Assembly (NCBI GenBank): GCA_002422165.1
Contig: DITQ01000001.1
Location: 7,919-71,918 of the forward strand
From: Candidatus Pacebacteria bacterium UBA6180
Lineage (GTDB): Bacteria; Patescibacteriota; Microgenomatia; UBA1400; PJMF01
Length of the DNA stretch: 64,000 nucleotides
Direction of reading: 5' to 3'
Within the stretch, counting starts at the first letter, position 1; every line of letters starts with the position of its first letter. The notes beneath the pieces were generated by a model. The model was not told the DNA's origin, did not search any database, and was given only the letters and a program-made list of their open reading frames with translations. A program made the position numbers and the translations under genes. Of the stretch, positions 27,736 to 36,446 are shown piece by piece.

Positions 27736-30294
27736 ATGATGTTTTTGGGTAAGAGAAAATTGTTTTTTGTTGTGTTTTTTGCCCTGTTTTTGTCGCCCTC
27801 ATCCGTCTTCGCAGCTCTTCCTGGAGCACGGTCAGCGACAATTTCCGGCGATGTTTTTTTGGGCGGCGATTACATTGAGCTTGGCATCAGCCAGTACGGT
27901 TCTTTTGGGACAGCTCAAAACAAGCCAGCTGGTTTTTTTGGCACTGCTGCTCGCAACACGGTCGGCATGAGTTCTGATCTGGATGGCTTTGACACTGGCA
28001 CTGATTGGCGCATAGATTTTTTTATGCCTGGTTCACCTGAGGAGCGCTGGAGCGTGGGTTATAAAATTGGCGGTTCTCCGACTGTAGCTGCTAACGCTCG
28101 AGCAGCAGGAGTAACTGGCATTGCTGATACGACAACTACCAACGAAAGTGAAGGTAATTTGCTGAAGGCAACTAGCGTCGGCACCCTCAATTCAAATTTA
28201 CGCATCAGCCAAACCTTTAGTTTCAACAGTGGTGATAAATTTTTCAAAACAGTAGTGCTTTTGGAAAATATTAGCGCAGATACTACTCTCGACAGCGTGC
28301 GTTTTATGCGTTCTTTTGACCCCGACAATACTGTTGATAAGGGCGGCAGTTACACGACTCATAATAGCATTGTTTACACCCATTTAGCAGGAGACGGTAA
28401 GGCCGTAGTCCAGGCTGATACTTCCAATAATAATTCTGATCCTGTTTATACAGGTACTGGCGGAGCCAGTGGCGGCACGCGTGCGCCAATTTTTTTCTAC
28501 AGTAGCGACGAGCGCGCCAGAGTCAACTATCACTCTGGTCTTAATCCTGGCGATGTCTATACGCCGAATGTTTATAATACAGTGAACGTTAAAGGAGCAT
28601 CACAGAATCAAGATGGAGCGATTTCTATTGCTTTCGATGTGGGCACTCTCACTCCAGGACAAACAGCCACAGTTACCTATTACACTAGTCTAGATGAGCG
28701 CGATTTCAGTGAAGTGGAGCAAGAAATTCAGGAGGATGAGGCAGCGAGCGCCCCAGTGCAGGGAGAATCAACCACTCAGACAGCTACTAACAGCGCAACC
28801 ATTTCCTGGACAACTGATATCGTTGCTTCTTCGCAAATCGAATATGGCCTAGTGCCAGAATATGGTTTTACTACTCCAGAAATTAACACCGATCCTCTTG
28901 TTACTGAGCATGAAGTCACGATCAGTGATTTGAAGGCTTGTGCTCGCTATTTTTTCCGCACTAAATCAACCAATGTAGACAATATTTCTTCCTATTCTGA
29001 GCAAAAGACCTTTGCGACTGAGGGTTGTAGCGTATCCGAAATTGTTGCTGGTGTGGAAGACCAGATTGGTACTGATGGTGGGACGCTCAGCCTAAGTAAT
29101 GACGAGGTGGAAGTAAGCCTGATAGTTCCAGAAAACTTTCATGATCGCTCGGCTTCTTTTCAAATCAATAAACTCTACACTTACACCATAGACTTTAGCG
29201 TGCCAACTGGCAAGCAAATTTTACCCAATCAATTGTTTGATCTGATTGCCGTTGATGAGGACGGCGAACAACTAACGAGCTTCAATAGTTCAGTGACCTT
29301 TGTGGTGAGTTATGCCGATCTGCTCGATGAGACGATCGATGAGGACACCCTTGACGTCTATCGCTATGAAGATGGTGTTTGGGTGGCGCAAAATTGCACT
29401 TTGGACAAAGAAGCTAAGACTTTAACTTGTTCTTTGCCTCATTTTTCAGTTTATGCAGTTTTTGGCGACTTGTTTGCTAGCGCGACTCCAACACCCACTC
29501 CGACTTCTACTCCAACCTCGTCTCCCACGACTACTTCTAGCGCAAGCAGTGATAGCTACTGTCCTTCAACCTGGTTAGGAGTCCCTGATCTGTTCCAGAT
29601 TGATACAACTCGCGATACCGCCACGGTTTATTTTACGCCAGTAGCGGAGAGTGATGAATATTTCATTAGCTATTCGACGCAGCCTTGGGCGGAAGAACAC
29701 GGAGTTCAAGTTAAATTGAGTTCAGAGGGCGTACAGAGTTTCAAAGTCCAAGAACTTTTGCCAAAAAGCACTTATTACTTCAAAGTGCGAGCAATCAAGG
29801 GTTGTGTTTACGGAGATTGGTCAAATATTAAATCAGCAGCAACTACGACGCCGGTCAATTCTATAAGTAACTTATCTAAACAAGCAGTTGCAGTGCCGTC
29901 ACTCACTCCGACGCCCACCCCGATGATTGAAGTAGAAGAGCCAGGAGAACTACACGATTTGCTAATCAAAGTTGAAGACCAAGGAAAACCAGTCAGTGGA
30001 GTGGTGGTAGAAGTGCCCGACTTAGGTCAGGCAGTGACTGACAGTAAAGGTGAAGTGCTTTTCAAAGATGTAGCGGCTGGTAAACAAAAATTCAAGTTAG
30101 TCCGTGACGCCTACGCAGCTGAACACGAAGTGGAAGTGACTGGTCCAGAAAAAGAATTTAGTGTTCTAGTGCAACTGGAAATGAAGCAGGGGCTGCTGCC
30201 AGAATGGCTGTGGGCAGCGATTCTTTGTACCTTATTGCTCTTTTTCGCTCTATTTGTGCGCAGGAGCAATAAGAATATTTTGTATGAGAAATAA
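27736..30294 (+). CDS. large surface protein (852 aa): signal peptide, Ig/CarbopepD-like domains, PT-rich linker, C-terminal TM anchor
   Basis: Signal MMFLGKRKLFFVVFFALFLSPSSVFA; TPTPTPTSTPTSSPTTTSS linker; C-terminal WLWAAILCTLLLFFALFVRRSNK anchor. Confidence 0.7.
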   Translation: MMFLGKRKLFFVVFFALFLSPSSVFAALPGARSATISGDVFLGGDYIELGISQYGSFGTAQNKPAGFFGTAARNTVGMSSDLDGFDTGTDWRIDFFMPGSPEERWSVGYKIGGSPTVAANARAAGVTGIADTTTTNESEGNLLKATSVGTLNSNLRISQTFSFNSGDKFFKTVVLLENISADTTLDSVRFMRSFDPDNTVDKGGSYTTHNSIVYTHLAGDGKAVVQADTSNNNSDPVYTGTGGASGGTRAPIFFYSSDERARVNYHSGLNPGDVYTPNVYNTVNVKGASQNQDGAISIAFDVGTLTPGQTATVTYYTSLDERDFSEVEQEIQEDEAASAPVQGESTTQTATNSATISWTTDIVASSQIEYGLVPEYGFTTPEINTDPLVTEHEVTISDLKACARYFFRTKSTNVDNISSYSEQKTFATEGCSVSEIVAGVEDQIGTDGGTLSLSNDEVEVSLIVPENFHDRSASFQINKLYTYTIDFSVPTGKQILPNQLFDLIAVDEDGEQLTSFNSSVTFVVSYADLLDETIDEDTLDVYRYEDGVWVAQNCTLDKEAKTLTCSLPHFSVYAVFGDLFASATPTPTPTSTPTSSPTTTSSASSDSYCPSTWLGVPDLFQIDTTRDTATVYFTPVAESDEYFISYSTQPWAEEHGVQVKLSSEGVQSFKVQELLPKSTYYFKVRAIKGCVYGDWSNIKSAATTTPVNSISNLSKQAVAVPSLTPTPTPMIEVEEPGELHDLLIKVEDQGKPVSGVVVEVPDLGQAVTDSKGEVLFKDVAAGKQKFKLVRDAYAAEHEVEVTGPEKEFSVLVQLEMKQGLLPEWLWAAILCTLLLFFALFVRRSNKNILYEK

Positions 30295-30661
30295 GAAAAC
30301 CTTCTTGCTACTTGGATCGTTGGGAATGCTTGTTTTAGTTTCGACTCCTTTTTTATACACCAAAATTAAAGCAAAACTAACACCAATCAACATCCAGCCT
30401 GTGACTGAAAGTGGAAAATCTGATTTACCTGCATTTACTTTGGATGACCTCGCGAAACATAATGACGTAGTTGATTGCTGGTTATTAATTAACCAAAATA
30501 TTTATGACGTTACTGAGTATATTCCCATGCATCCCAACAACGACATCGTTGCTGGTTGTGGTCTTGATGCTACCGATATGTTTCAGGGAGAGAGGAAACA
30601 CAGAGGCGAAGCGGCAAATATTTTAGATGATTATCTGATTGGTTATTTAGATTTGAAGTAA
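30284..30661 (+). CDS. membrane-anchored cytochrome b5-like heme-binding domain protein
   Basis: N-terminal TM; ...FTLDDLAKHNDVVDCWLLINQNIYDVTEYIPMHPNNDIVAGCGLDATDMFQGERKHRG. Two His 24 residues apart, as in b5 (HPGG...H). Confidence 0.55.
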   Translation: MRNKKTFLLLGSLGMLVLVSTPFLYTKIKAKLTPINIQPVTESGKSDLPAFTLDDLAKHNDVVDCWLLINQNIYDVTEYIPMHPNNDIVAGCGLDATDMFQGERKHRGEAANILDDYLIGYLDLK

Positions 30662-30687
30662 TTTTACTTTGTTGATTGAAACTACTG

Positions 30688-30773
30688 TGGCGGAGGTGAC
30701 AGGACTCGAACCTGCGAAGCCTTGCGGCTCACGCTTTCCAAGCGTGTGCAATTGACCACTATGCGACACCTCC
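30688..30773 (-). tRNA. tRNA-Ser (anticodon GGA), class II with long variable arm, CCA encoded
   Basis: The reverse complement GGAGGTGTCGCATAGTGGTCAATTGCACACGCTTGGAAAGCGTGAGCCGCAAGGCTTCGCAGGTTCGAGTCCTGTCACCTCCGCCA folds as a tRNA. The anticodon loop is TTGGAAA. Confidence 0.85.
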
Positions 30774-30834
30774 TCGATGAATATTTCTTCTAAAGAACAT
30801 CCGAATTATAGCAGAAAAAACTTAAATTTTTTGA

Positions 30835-31578
30835 TTATCTACCTAATTGTATTGCTTGGTTGCCAGATTCTGCAAGCTTATGTTGAGCTTGTTTATATTT
30901 GTACATTTCGACATCAGCTTGATGTTTGAGTTCGCTAAAATTTGGACGATCACTTTGATTTTTGGCCGCTTTATAGGTCACCACTCCATAATCTAGACCA
31001 ATAGAAACTTCAATATCTTGTCCTTTATGATTTATAATTGAGTGAATTACTAAACTTTTCAATTTCTCTTTGATTTTATTAATAAATGTGTCAAAATCAG
31101 CAGTTTCTTGATATTGGCAAACTAAAACAAATTCATCACCACCAGCTCTAAATAAGATATCTTCTCCATGGACAGTTCTGAAATTAGCATTGATTTGATC
31201 TACAAATTCTTGAAGAATTTTGTCTCCTTCTTTATGACCGTAAGCATCGTTGATTGGTTTGAAATATCGAAAGTCAATGAAAACAAGTGCTCCATCATGT
31301 CTAGGAACAAATTCGTTTAGAAATTTATCTAAGGCTTTAGCATTTTGACAGCCAAACCTGTCTTTCATATCACTTTCCTTCAGTAGCAGATTGCCCTCCA
31401 TCAAATTTATAATTTTTTCTCTAATTTTATTGGCAGCCATGATTACAGGAATTTCTTCCCCATCTTCACTTGTAACTTGTGGCGGGCTAATTTCTCTCCA
31501 TCTAGGATTTAAACCGCCCTTCTTGGTGGCATTTCGATCTGGAAAGGTGGAGCTTTGATCTTTGACGATATCAATCAT
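30835..31578 (-). CDS. GGDEF-domain diguanylate cyclase
   Basis: ...RYFKPINDAYGHKEGDKILQEF...ILFRAGGDEFVLV... GGDEF active site intact; about 80 aa of unknown sequence at the N-terminus. Confidence 0.8.
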   Translation of the reverse strand: MIDIVKDQSSTFPDRNATKKGGLNPRWREISPPQVTSEDGEEIPVIMAANKIREKIINLMEGNLLLKESDMKDRFGCQNAKALDKFLNEFVPRHDGALVFIDFRYFKPINDAYGHKEGDKILQEFVDQINANFRTVHGEDILFRAGGDEFVLVCQYQETADFDTFINKIKEKLKSLVIHSIINHKGQDIEVSIGLDYGVVTYKAAKNQSDRPNFSELKHQADVEMYKYKQAQHKLAESGNQAIQLGR

Positions 31579-31640
31579 ATGATTCTTTTATTCTAACATT
31601 ATTTTACTCTTTGCTGCAGCAACGAAGCAGTCCAATACTG

Positions 31641-31672
31641 CAAAAAACGCCGCGATTGCTCGCGGCGTTTCC
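31641..31672 (-). terminator. Rho-independent terminator downstream of the RRM gene
   Basis: AACGCCGCGA-ttgc-TCGCGGCGTT is a 10-bp stem. On the minus strand it is followed by a T run. Confidence 0.65.
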
Positions 31673-31689
31673 AATTTCGATCTGAGCGT

Positions 31690-32049
31690 TTAGTAACGGC
31701 GATCTCTATTTTGTGGTCTACCTCCACCGAAAGAGCGATTGTTATCTCTACGAGGGAAACGATCATTTCTTTCTTCACGAGGACGAGCGACGTTGACGAC
31801 CAACTCACGCTCTTCTACCACGTAGCCGTTTCTACCGGCAACGGCTGCGGAAGCAGCAGTTTCGTCGGCAAATTCTACAAAAGCGAAACCCTTAGAACGG
31901 CCGGTCATTCTGTCAGTGATTAAGCTGACCTGGGTGATTTCGCCAAATTCGGAAAACAAATCCTGAATACCATCCTGGGTCATGCTCCAAGGCAAGTTAC
32001 CCACGAAGAGTTTCTTTTTGTTTTCCATGTTGTCATTGTGATCTGACAT
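31690..32049 (-). CDS. RNA-binding protein with RRM domain and RGG/Arg-rich C-terminal tail
   Basis: RNP-2 KLFVGNLPW and RNP-1 KGFAFVEF. The tail is GRNGY...RPREERNDRFPRRDNNRSFGGGRPQNRDRRY. Confidence 0.8.
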   Translation of the reverse strand: MSDHNDNMENKKKLFVGNLPWSMTQDGIQDLFSEFGEITQVSLITDRMTGRSKGFAFVEFADETAASAAVAGRNGYVVEERELVVNVARPREERNDRFPRRDNNRSFGGGRPQNRDRRY

Positions 32050-32160
32050 AAATGAAATCTTCTTTCTCGGGCAAATAAAAGCCCAAGACAATTAATACTG
32101 GTTGATATTATAAACTCCGTATCACTAATTAGATAGTGGCTAAATTGGAATTGCCCATAA

Positions 32161-32400
32161 CTAGATAACTTGGTAGCCAGCCCCCTGAATCGCGCTTTTT
32201 AGAGCTTGCAAGTTGGTTTTTTGAGGGTCGAAGCGGACGCTGGTTTCCGCTTTGGAGTAGCTAGTGCTAGCTTCATAAACTCCCTCAACTTCCTCGAGAG
32301 CATTGTCGATCGACATAGCGCAACTGCTGCAGTGTAGGCCAGATAGCTTGATGATGATTTTCTTACCTGGGATGGGCTTTTTTTTGAAGATGTTGAACAT
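32161..32400 (-). CDS. copZ: copper chaperone CopZ (HMA domain)
   Basis: 79 aa; LSGLHCSSCA metal-binding motif; last gene of the copper operon. Confidence 0.8.
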   Translation of the reverse strand: MFNIFKKKPIPGKKIIIKLSGLHCSSCAMSIDNALEEVEGVYEASTSYSKAETSVRFDPQKTNLQALKSAIQGAGYQVI

Positions 32401-32417
32401 ATTTTCCTTTTAGATAT

Positions 32418-33494
32418 TTAAATAACTTCCATGACTCCCGTATACATCCCCATCGAGCAAGAAAAGGTAAACTTACCTTTTTCTTCTGGAGTGAAGGTGA
32501 ACTTTTGCTCCGAATTGGCTTTGACAATGGTGTTGATGTCAAACTCGCGAAAAACAAAGGCTTGGGCGCAGGAGTAAACATTGCCGCTAGCCAAGGTTAA
32601 CTCGACCGGCACGCCCTGCTTAACCCGAAATTGCTTTGGGTAATAGCCATTATTGCGGATATCAATCGTAACCTGCTGTATATTGCCGATTTGCTTGACG
32701 TATTGATCATTTTCAGTTTTTTGACTGAAGCGCTCGTCCGAGAAAAACCAAGCGATTTTGTTGGTCATTTTGTTGATGGTCAGGGGTGAATCAAGCACGA
32801 TCAAGACACCATTGAGGCTATAAACTGCTAGAGCTATCAAAATTGCTGCCGCAGTTTTGTTGAAAACTGCTTGCCAAACTTCGGTCAATTTAGCAGTGGC
32901 GATACCCAGGGCAGCAAAAATTGGTGTTGTCCCAAGCACAAAGGCACCCATGATCAAAGCGCCTTGAACAGGGCTACCGCTGGCTACAGCCAAGACTTCC
33001 ATGCTTTGAGTGACGCCGCAAGGGATGAAGATGCTAAATAGACCCAGCGCCATTGGTGCAAATAAAGCTTTGCTTTTAGCCTGGTCTTTGATTAATCTAC
33101 GCAAGAACCTAGGTGGTTGGAAAGCCAAATAGCGGAAAATGGGATGGACATCCAGGAAATTCATCGCCGTCGCCAACATAAACAAGGCAGTAAAGACTTG
33201 TAGGCCAAGTTGTGCTCCCAGACTCAAAGTAAAAACAGAACCAAGTCCACCGAGCAAAAAGCCCAAAATCACGTGAGAAAACAGCTTAGCACCAAGGAAC
33301 ATGCTAACCGGCAGCCAGTCGAGCTGATCAAATTGCCTCAGGCTGATTGGGGCAGTTTTTTGACGATTAGTTAGATCAGTTAACTCTTGCTTCTTCTGGT
33401 TGGCGATGATGCTGGCTAGGAGGCCGCCCTGCACCGCCGCACAAGACACCCCACCAGTTGTCAATCCAGTTAGAAAAATTGCCCACAAGTTCAT
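32418..33494 (-). CDS. DsbD_2/CcdA-like membrane protein fused to a C-terminal cupredoxin-like domain
   Basis: Two Cys-bearing TM motifs (TGGVSCAAVQGG; FSIFIPCGVTQS). The C-terminus ...YYPKQFRVKQGVPVELTL...SC...KFTFSCSMGMYTGVMEVI resembles a cupredoxin loop without a His ligand. Confidence 0.5.
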   Translation of the reverse strand: MNLWAIFLTGLTTGGVSCAAVQGGLLASIIANQKKQELTDLTNRQKTAPISLRQFDQLDWLPVSMFLGAKLFSHVILGFLLGGLGSVFTLSLGAQLGLQVFTALFMLATAMNFLDVHPIFRYLAFQPPRFLRRLIKDQAKSKALFAPMALGLFSIFIPCGVTQSMEVLAVASGSPVQGALIMGAFVLGTTPIFAALGIATAKLTEVWQAVFNKTAAAILIALAVYSLNGVLIVLDSPLTINKMTNKIAWFFSDERFSQKTENDQYVKQIGNIQQVTIDIRNNGYYPKQFRVKQGVPVELTLASGNVYSCAQAFVFREFDINTIVKANSEQKFTFTPEEKGKFTFSCSMGMYTGVMEVI

Positions 33495-35701
33495 AGTTTT
33501 TGTCCTTTGAGTCGCAGCGCGTTAGAAACCACGGTCACACTCGAGAAAGCCATTGCTAGTCCAGCCAGCATGGGATTTAATAATAAATTAAAAGACGGAT
33601 AGAGTACACCCATGGCTACGGGGATCAAAATCACGTTGTAGGCAAAGGCCCAGAAGAGATTTTGGCGAATGTTGGCGATAGTTAGCTTAGAGAGGTGAAG
33701 CGCTTGTGGCACCAGCGAAATATCACTGTGCAGTAGGGTGATGGCGGCGGCTTCTATAGCCACATCGGTGCCGCCGCCCATAGCAATCCCCACATCGGCG
33801 CTACTCAGGGCAGGTGCATCGTTGATGCCATCGCCGACCATGGCAACGACTTTGTATTTAGCTTTCATTTCTCTGATCACTGCTTCTTTTTGATCTGGCA
33901 AAACCTCAGCGATCACCTCATCGATTTCTAACTTTTTAGCGATGTTATTTGCACTCTGTTGGTTATCGCCAGTCAGTATGATGGTTTTAATACCCATGCT
34001 GTGAAGTTTTTGGATGGTGGCCAGACTGTTAGGACGCAAAGCGTCAGCGACGGCGAAGATGGCCAAGATTTCCTTTTGGTAAGCGACAAAAACCAAGCTG
34101 TAAGCTTGCTGGCGCCATTTTTTGGCCAGCTGCTGCATCGACTCATCTAGGCTGATTTTATTCTGCTCAAGTAAGGCTTGGGTGCCGATAAGGAGCTTGG
34201 CTTTTTGATAAGTGGCAGAGACACCCATACCAGGGTGACTAAGGAAATTACTCAGAGTAACAGACGTATTTTGCTCCAGATTTTTTTGTGCGAAGCTAAC
34301 TAGCGCCTTGGCCAAAGGGTGAGCAGAGAGGGTTTCTGCAGTCTGGACTAAACTTAGGATGAAATTTTGGGTTTTGTGGCCGTAAGTTTTGAACTCTTGC
34401 ACCTCTGGTCGACCGACAGTCAGGGTGCCAGTTTTGTCAAAAATCATCGCCTTGACCTGGCTACTGATTTCCAAAGCATGGGCGTCTTTAACCAAAATGC
34501 CTTGACCAGCACCCTTGTCGACGCCAACCACCAGTGAGATGGGCGTTGCTAATCCCAGAGCACAGGGGCAGGCGATGATCAGAATGTTGATCAAGCTAAT
34601 TAGGGCGATACTGCGGTCAAAATACAGCCAAGTGATGAAAGTCAGCACTGCCAAAACAAGAATAATGGGGACAAAAATTTGAGCGATGCGATCGACTAAT
34701 TTTTGAATGTTGGGCTTTGAGCCTTGAGCGTTTTTGACCAAGCGAATAATCTGGGCCAGCATGGTTTGCTGACCGACTTTTTTGGCAATGATTTCTAAAC
34801 TTCCATCTTGATTAATGGTGGCAGCAAAGACTTTATCACCAGTTTTTTTGTGGACGCTGTCACTCTCGCCAGTCAGCATGCTTTCGTCGAGACTGGCGCT
34901 GCCCTGGTCAATGATGCTGTCGACGGGAATCTTCTCACCTGGTTTGACCAGTAAGCGATCACCGACTCGCACTTGATCGATGTCAACTTCTTGCCAGCCG
35001 CCCTCGCGCCAGAGAGTAGCGGTTTTACTTTGCAGCCCAAGAAGTTTTTTGATGGCGCTGCTACTGTTTTTCTTGGCCTTAAGCTCTAAGTATTTACCGA
35101 GCAAAATGAAAGTGATGATGACCGCTGCCGTCTCGAAGTAGAGGTGGGCGTCTAAGTTGTTTTGTAGGAAAAACCCTGGCGCCAAAACGACGCTTAGCGA
35201 ATAAAAATAGGCGACAGAAGATCCTAAGGCGACCAAAGTGTCCATATTGCTGCTTTTGTTTTGCAGGGCCGACCAAGCGCCTTGGTAGAAGCGTCGTCCT
35301 GCAAAGAACTGCACTGGCGTGCTTAGGGCGAGCAAAAAGTAAGGATTCTTGAAAAATTCAGGTACAGGCAACATGCTAAAAATGACTAGCAAGCCACTCA
35401 AGACTAGACTAACCAGTAACGTTTTTTTCAATTTCTCTAGCTCCTGCTCGCGCAAATTTTCGGCCACGTCCGCTTGATCATCTTCCTGGAGAATGGCTCT
35501 ATAGCCAAGTTTCTGGATCACAGTTGCGACTTGAGTAAAATCCGCCCCCACCAGTTCGATACTAGCCTGTTCGTTGCCGTAATTGACGCTTGCTTTGCTA
35601 ATACCAGCAGTTTTACCAAGCGCGCGCTCGATATTTTGTGCACAGCTGGCACAGTGCATGCCGGCGACATGGAAGTTAAGTTGCTTGGGTTTATTTGACA
35701 T
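33491..35701 (-). CDS. copA: copper-translocating P1B-type ATPase
   Basis: N-terminal HMA GMHCASCA; CPC motif (ACPCALGLATP); DKTGTLT; GDGINDAP. The start was chosen at the Met of MSNKPKQLNFHVAGM. Confidence 0.9.
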   Translation of the reverse strand: MSNKPKQLNFHVAGMHCASCAQNIERALGKTAGISKASVNYGNEQASIELVGADFTQVATVIQKLGYRAILQEDDQADVAENLREQELEKLKKTLLVSLVLSGLLVIFSMLPVPEFFKNPYFLLALSTPVQFFAGRRFYQGAWSALQNKSSNMDTLVALGSSVAYFYSLSVVLAPGFFLQNNLDAHLYFETAAVIITFILLGKYLELKAKKNSSSAIKKLLGLQSKTATLWREGGWQEVDIDQVRVGDRLLVKPGEKIPVDSIIDQGSASLDESMLTGESDSVHKKTGDKVFAATINQDGSLEIIAKKVGQQTMLAQIIRLVKNAQGSKPNIQKLVDRIAQIFVPIILVLAVLTFITWLYFDRSIALISLINILIIACPCALGLATPISLVVGVDKGAGQGILVKDAHALEISSQVKAMIFDKTGTLTVGRPEVQEFKTYGHKTQNFILSLVQTAETLSAHPLAKALVSFAQKNLEQNTSVTLSNFLSHPGMGVSATYQKAKLLIGTQALLEQNKISLDESMQQLAKKWRQQAYSLVFVAYQKEILAIFAVADALRPNSLATIQKLHSMGIKTIILTGDNQQSANNIAKKLEIDEVIAEVLPDQKEAVIREMKAKYKVVAMVGDGINDAPALSSADVGIAMGGGTDVAIEAAAITLLHSDISLVPQALHLSKLTIANIRQNLFWAFAYNVILIPVAMGVLYPSFNLLLNPMLAGLAMAFSSVTVVSNALRLKGQKL

Positions 35702-36173
35702 ATTTGCCTGGGTTAGTTTGAAATTTTTGCAAGCAGCCTGAGGCACAAAAATAATAATTTTTACCTTGATGCTTAGTGTGGTAGTTGGCAGTCTGGCTAG
35801 AAACCCGCATCTGGCAAACTGGATCGTGGGCGATGGGCAGCAAGCCCTGCATCGATTTTCTGAGTTTCTCTAGCTCTTTGTTGTCTTGGTTTTGCTCTAG
35901 CAAGAAGTCGCGAATCAGCGAGCAAGCCTTGAAAATATTTTGGTGAGCGAGTTTGTAACAAATAGTTTTGCCGTCCTTGCGACTGCTGACCAACTTAGCT
36001 TCACGCAGAATCATCAGGTGTTGACTAACGTTGGCTTGAGGCAGATCAAGCATCGCGTAAATGTCGCCAACGCAGAGCTCTTGATCTTTAAGGAGGTAGA
36101 TGATTTCTAGACGGCGTGGATGAGCGAGGGCTTTGAGGGCTTCGGCGAAGATGGTAAAAGTTTGACTATACAT
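35691..36173 (-). CDS. ArsR-family regulator fused to a C-terminal YHS (TRASH-like) metal-binding domain
   Basis: wHTH ...VSQHLMILREAKLVSSRKDGKTICYKL... plus DPVCQMRVSSQTANYHTKHQGKNYYFCASGCLQKF (YHS pattern). First gene of the copper operon. Confidence 0.75.
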   Translation of the reverse strand: MYSQTFTIFAEALKALAHPRRLEIIYLLKDQELCVGDIYAMLDLPQANVSQHLMILREAKLVSSRKDGKTICYKLAHQNIFKACSLIRDFLLEQNQDNKELEKLRKSMQGLLPIAHDPVCQMRVSSQTANYHTKHQGKNYYFCASGCLQKFQTNPGKYVK

Positions 36174-36337
36174 ATTCGAATTTTAGAATATGTTTGTTGG
36201 CGTTGTCAATGCTGACTTTTGACTATTTTTTTGCTAGAATGTTTTTAGTTACTTAAATCAAGAGTATGGTTAAGAGTCTGCTTCGAAAGTTGTATTTTGC
36301 TGTAAGTTTACGGATTTTGGCAAAAAGGACTTCCGAA

Positions 36338-36428
36338 ACAGGCTCTGCGGGACCTAGCCCGACGACCCATGCAGCAACCGACCAAAGGTCATGGTACGGT
36401 GCTCCATCTAGCCCTCGAGAGAGGAAGA
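36338..36428 (+). ncRNA. SAM-I (S-box) riboswitch upstream of metK
   Basis: GGGACCUAGCCCGACGACCCAUGCAGCAACC...GACCAAAGGUC...GGUGCUCCAUC matches the SAM-I core (GGGAC.GGCCCGAUGAAACCC.GCAACC...GGUGCUAAUUCC). It lies directly 5' of the metK RBS. Confidence 0.6.
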
Positions 36429-36446
36429 TTAGCTCAAAGGAGAAAT

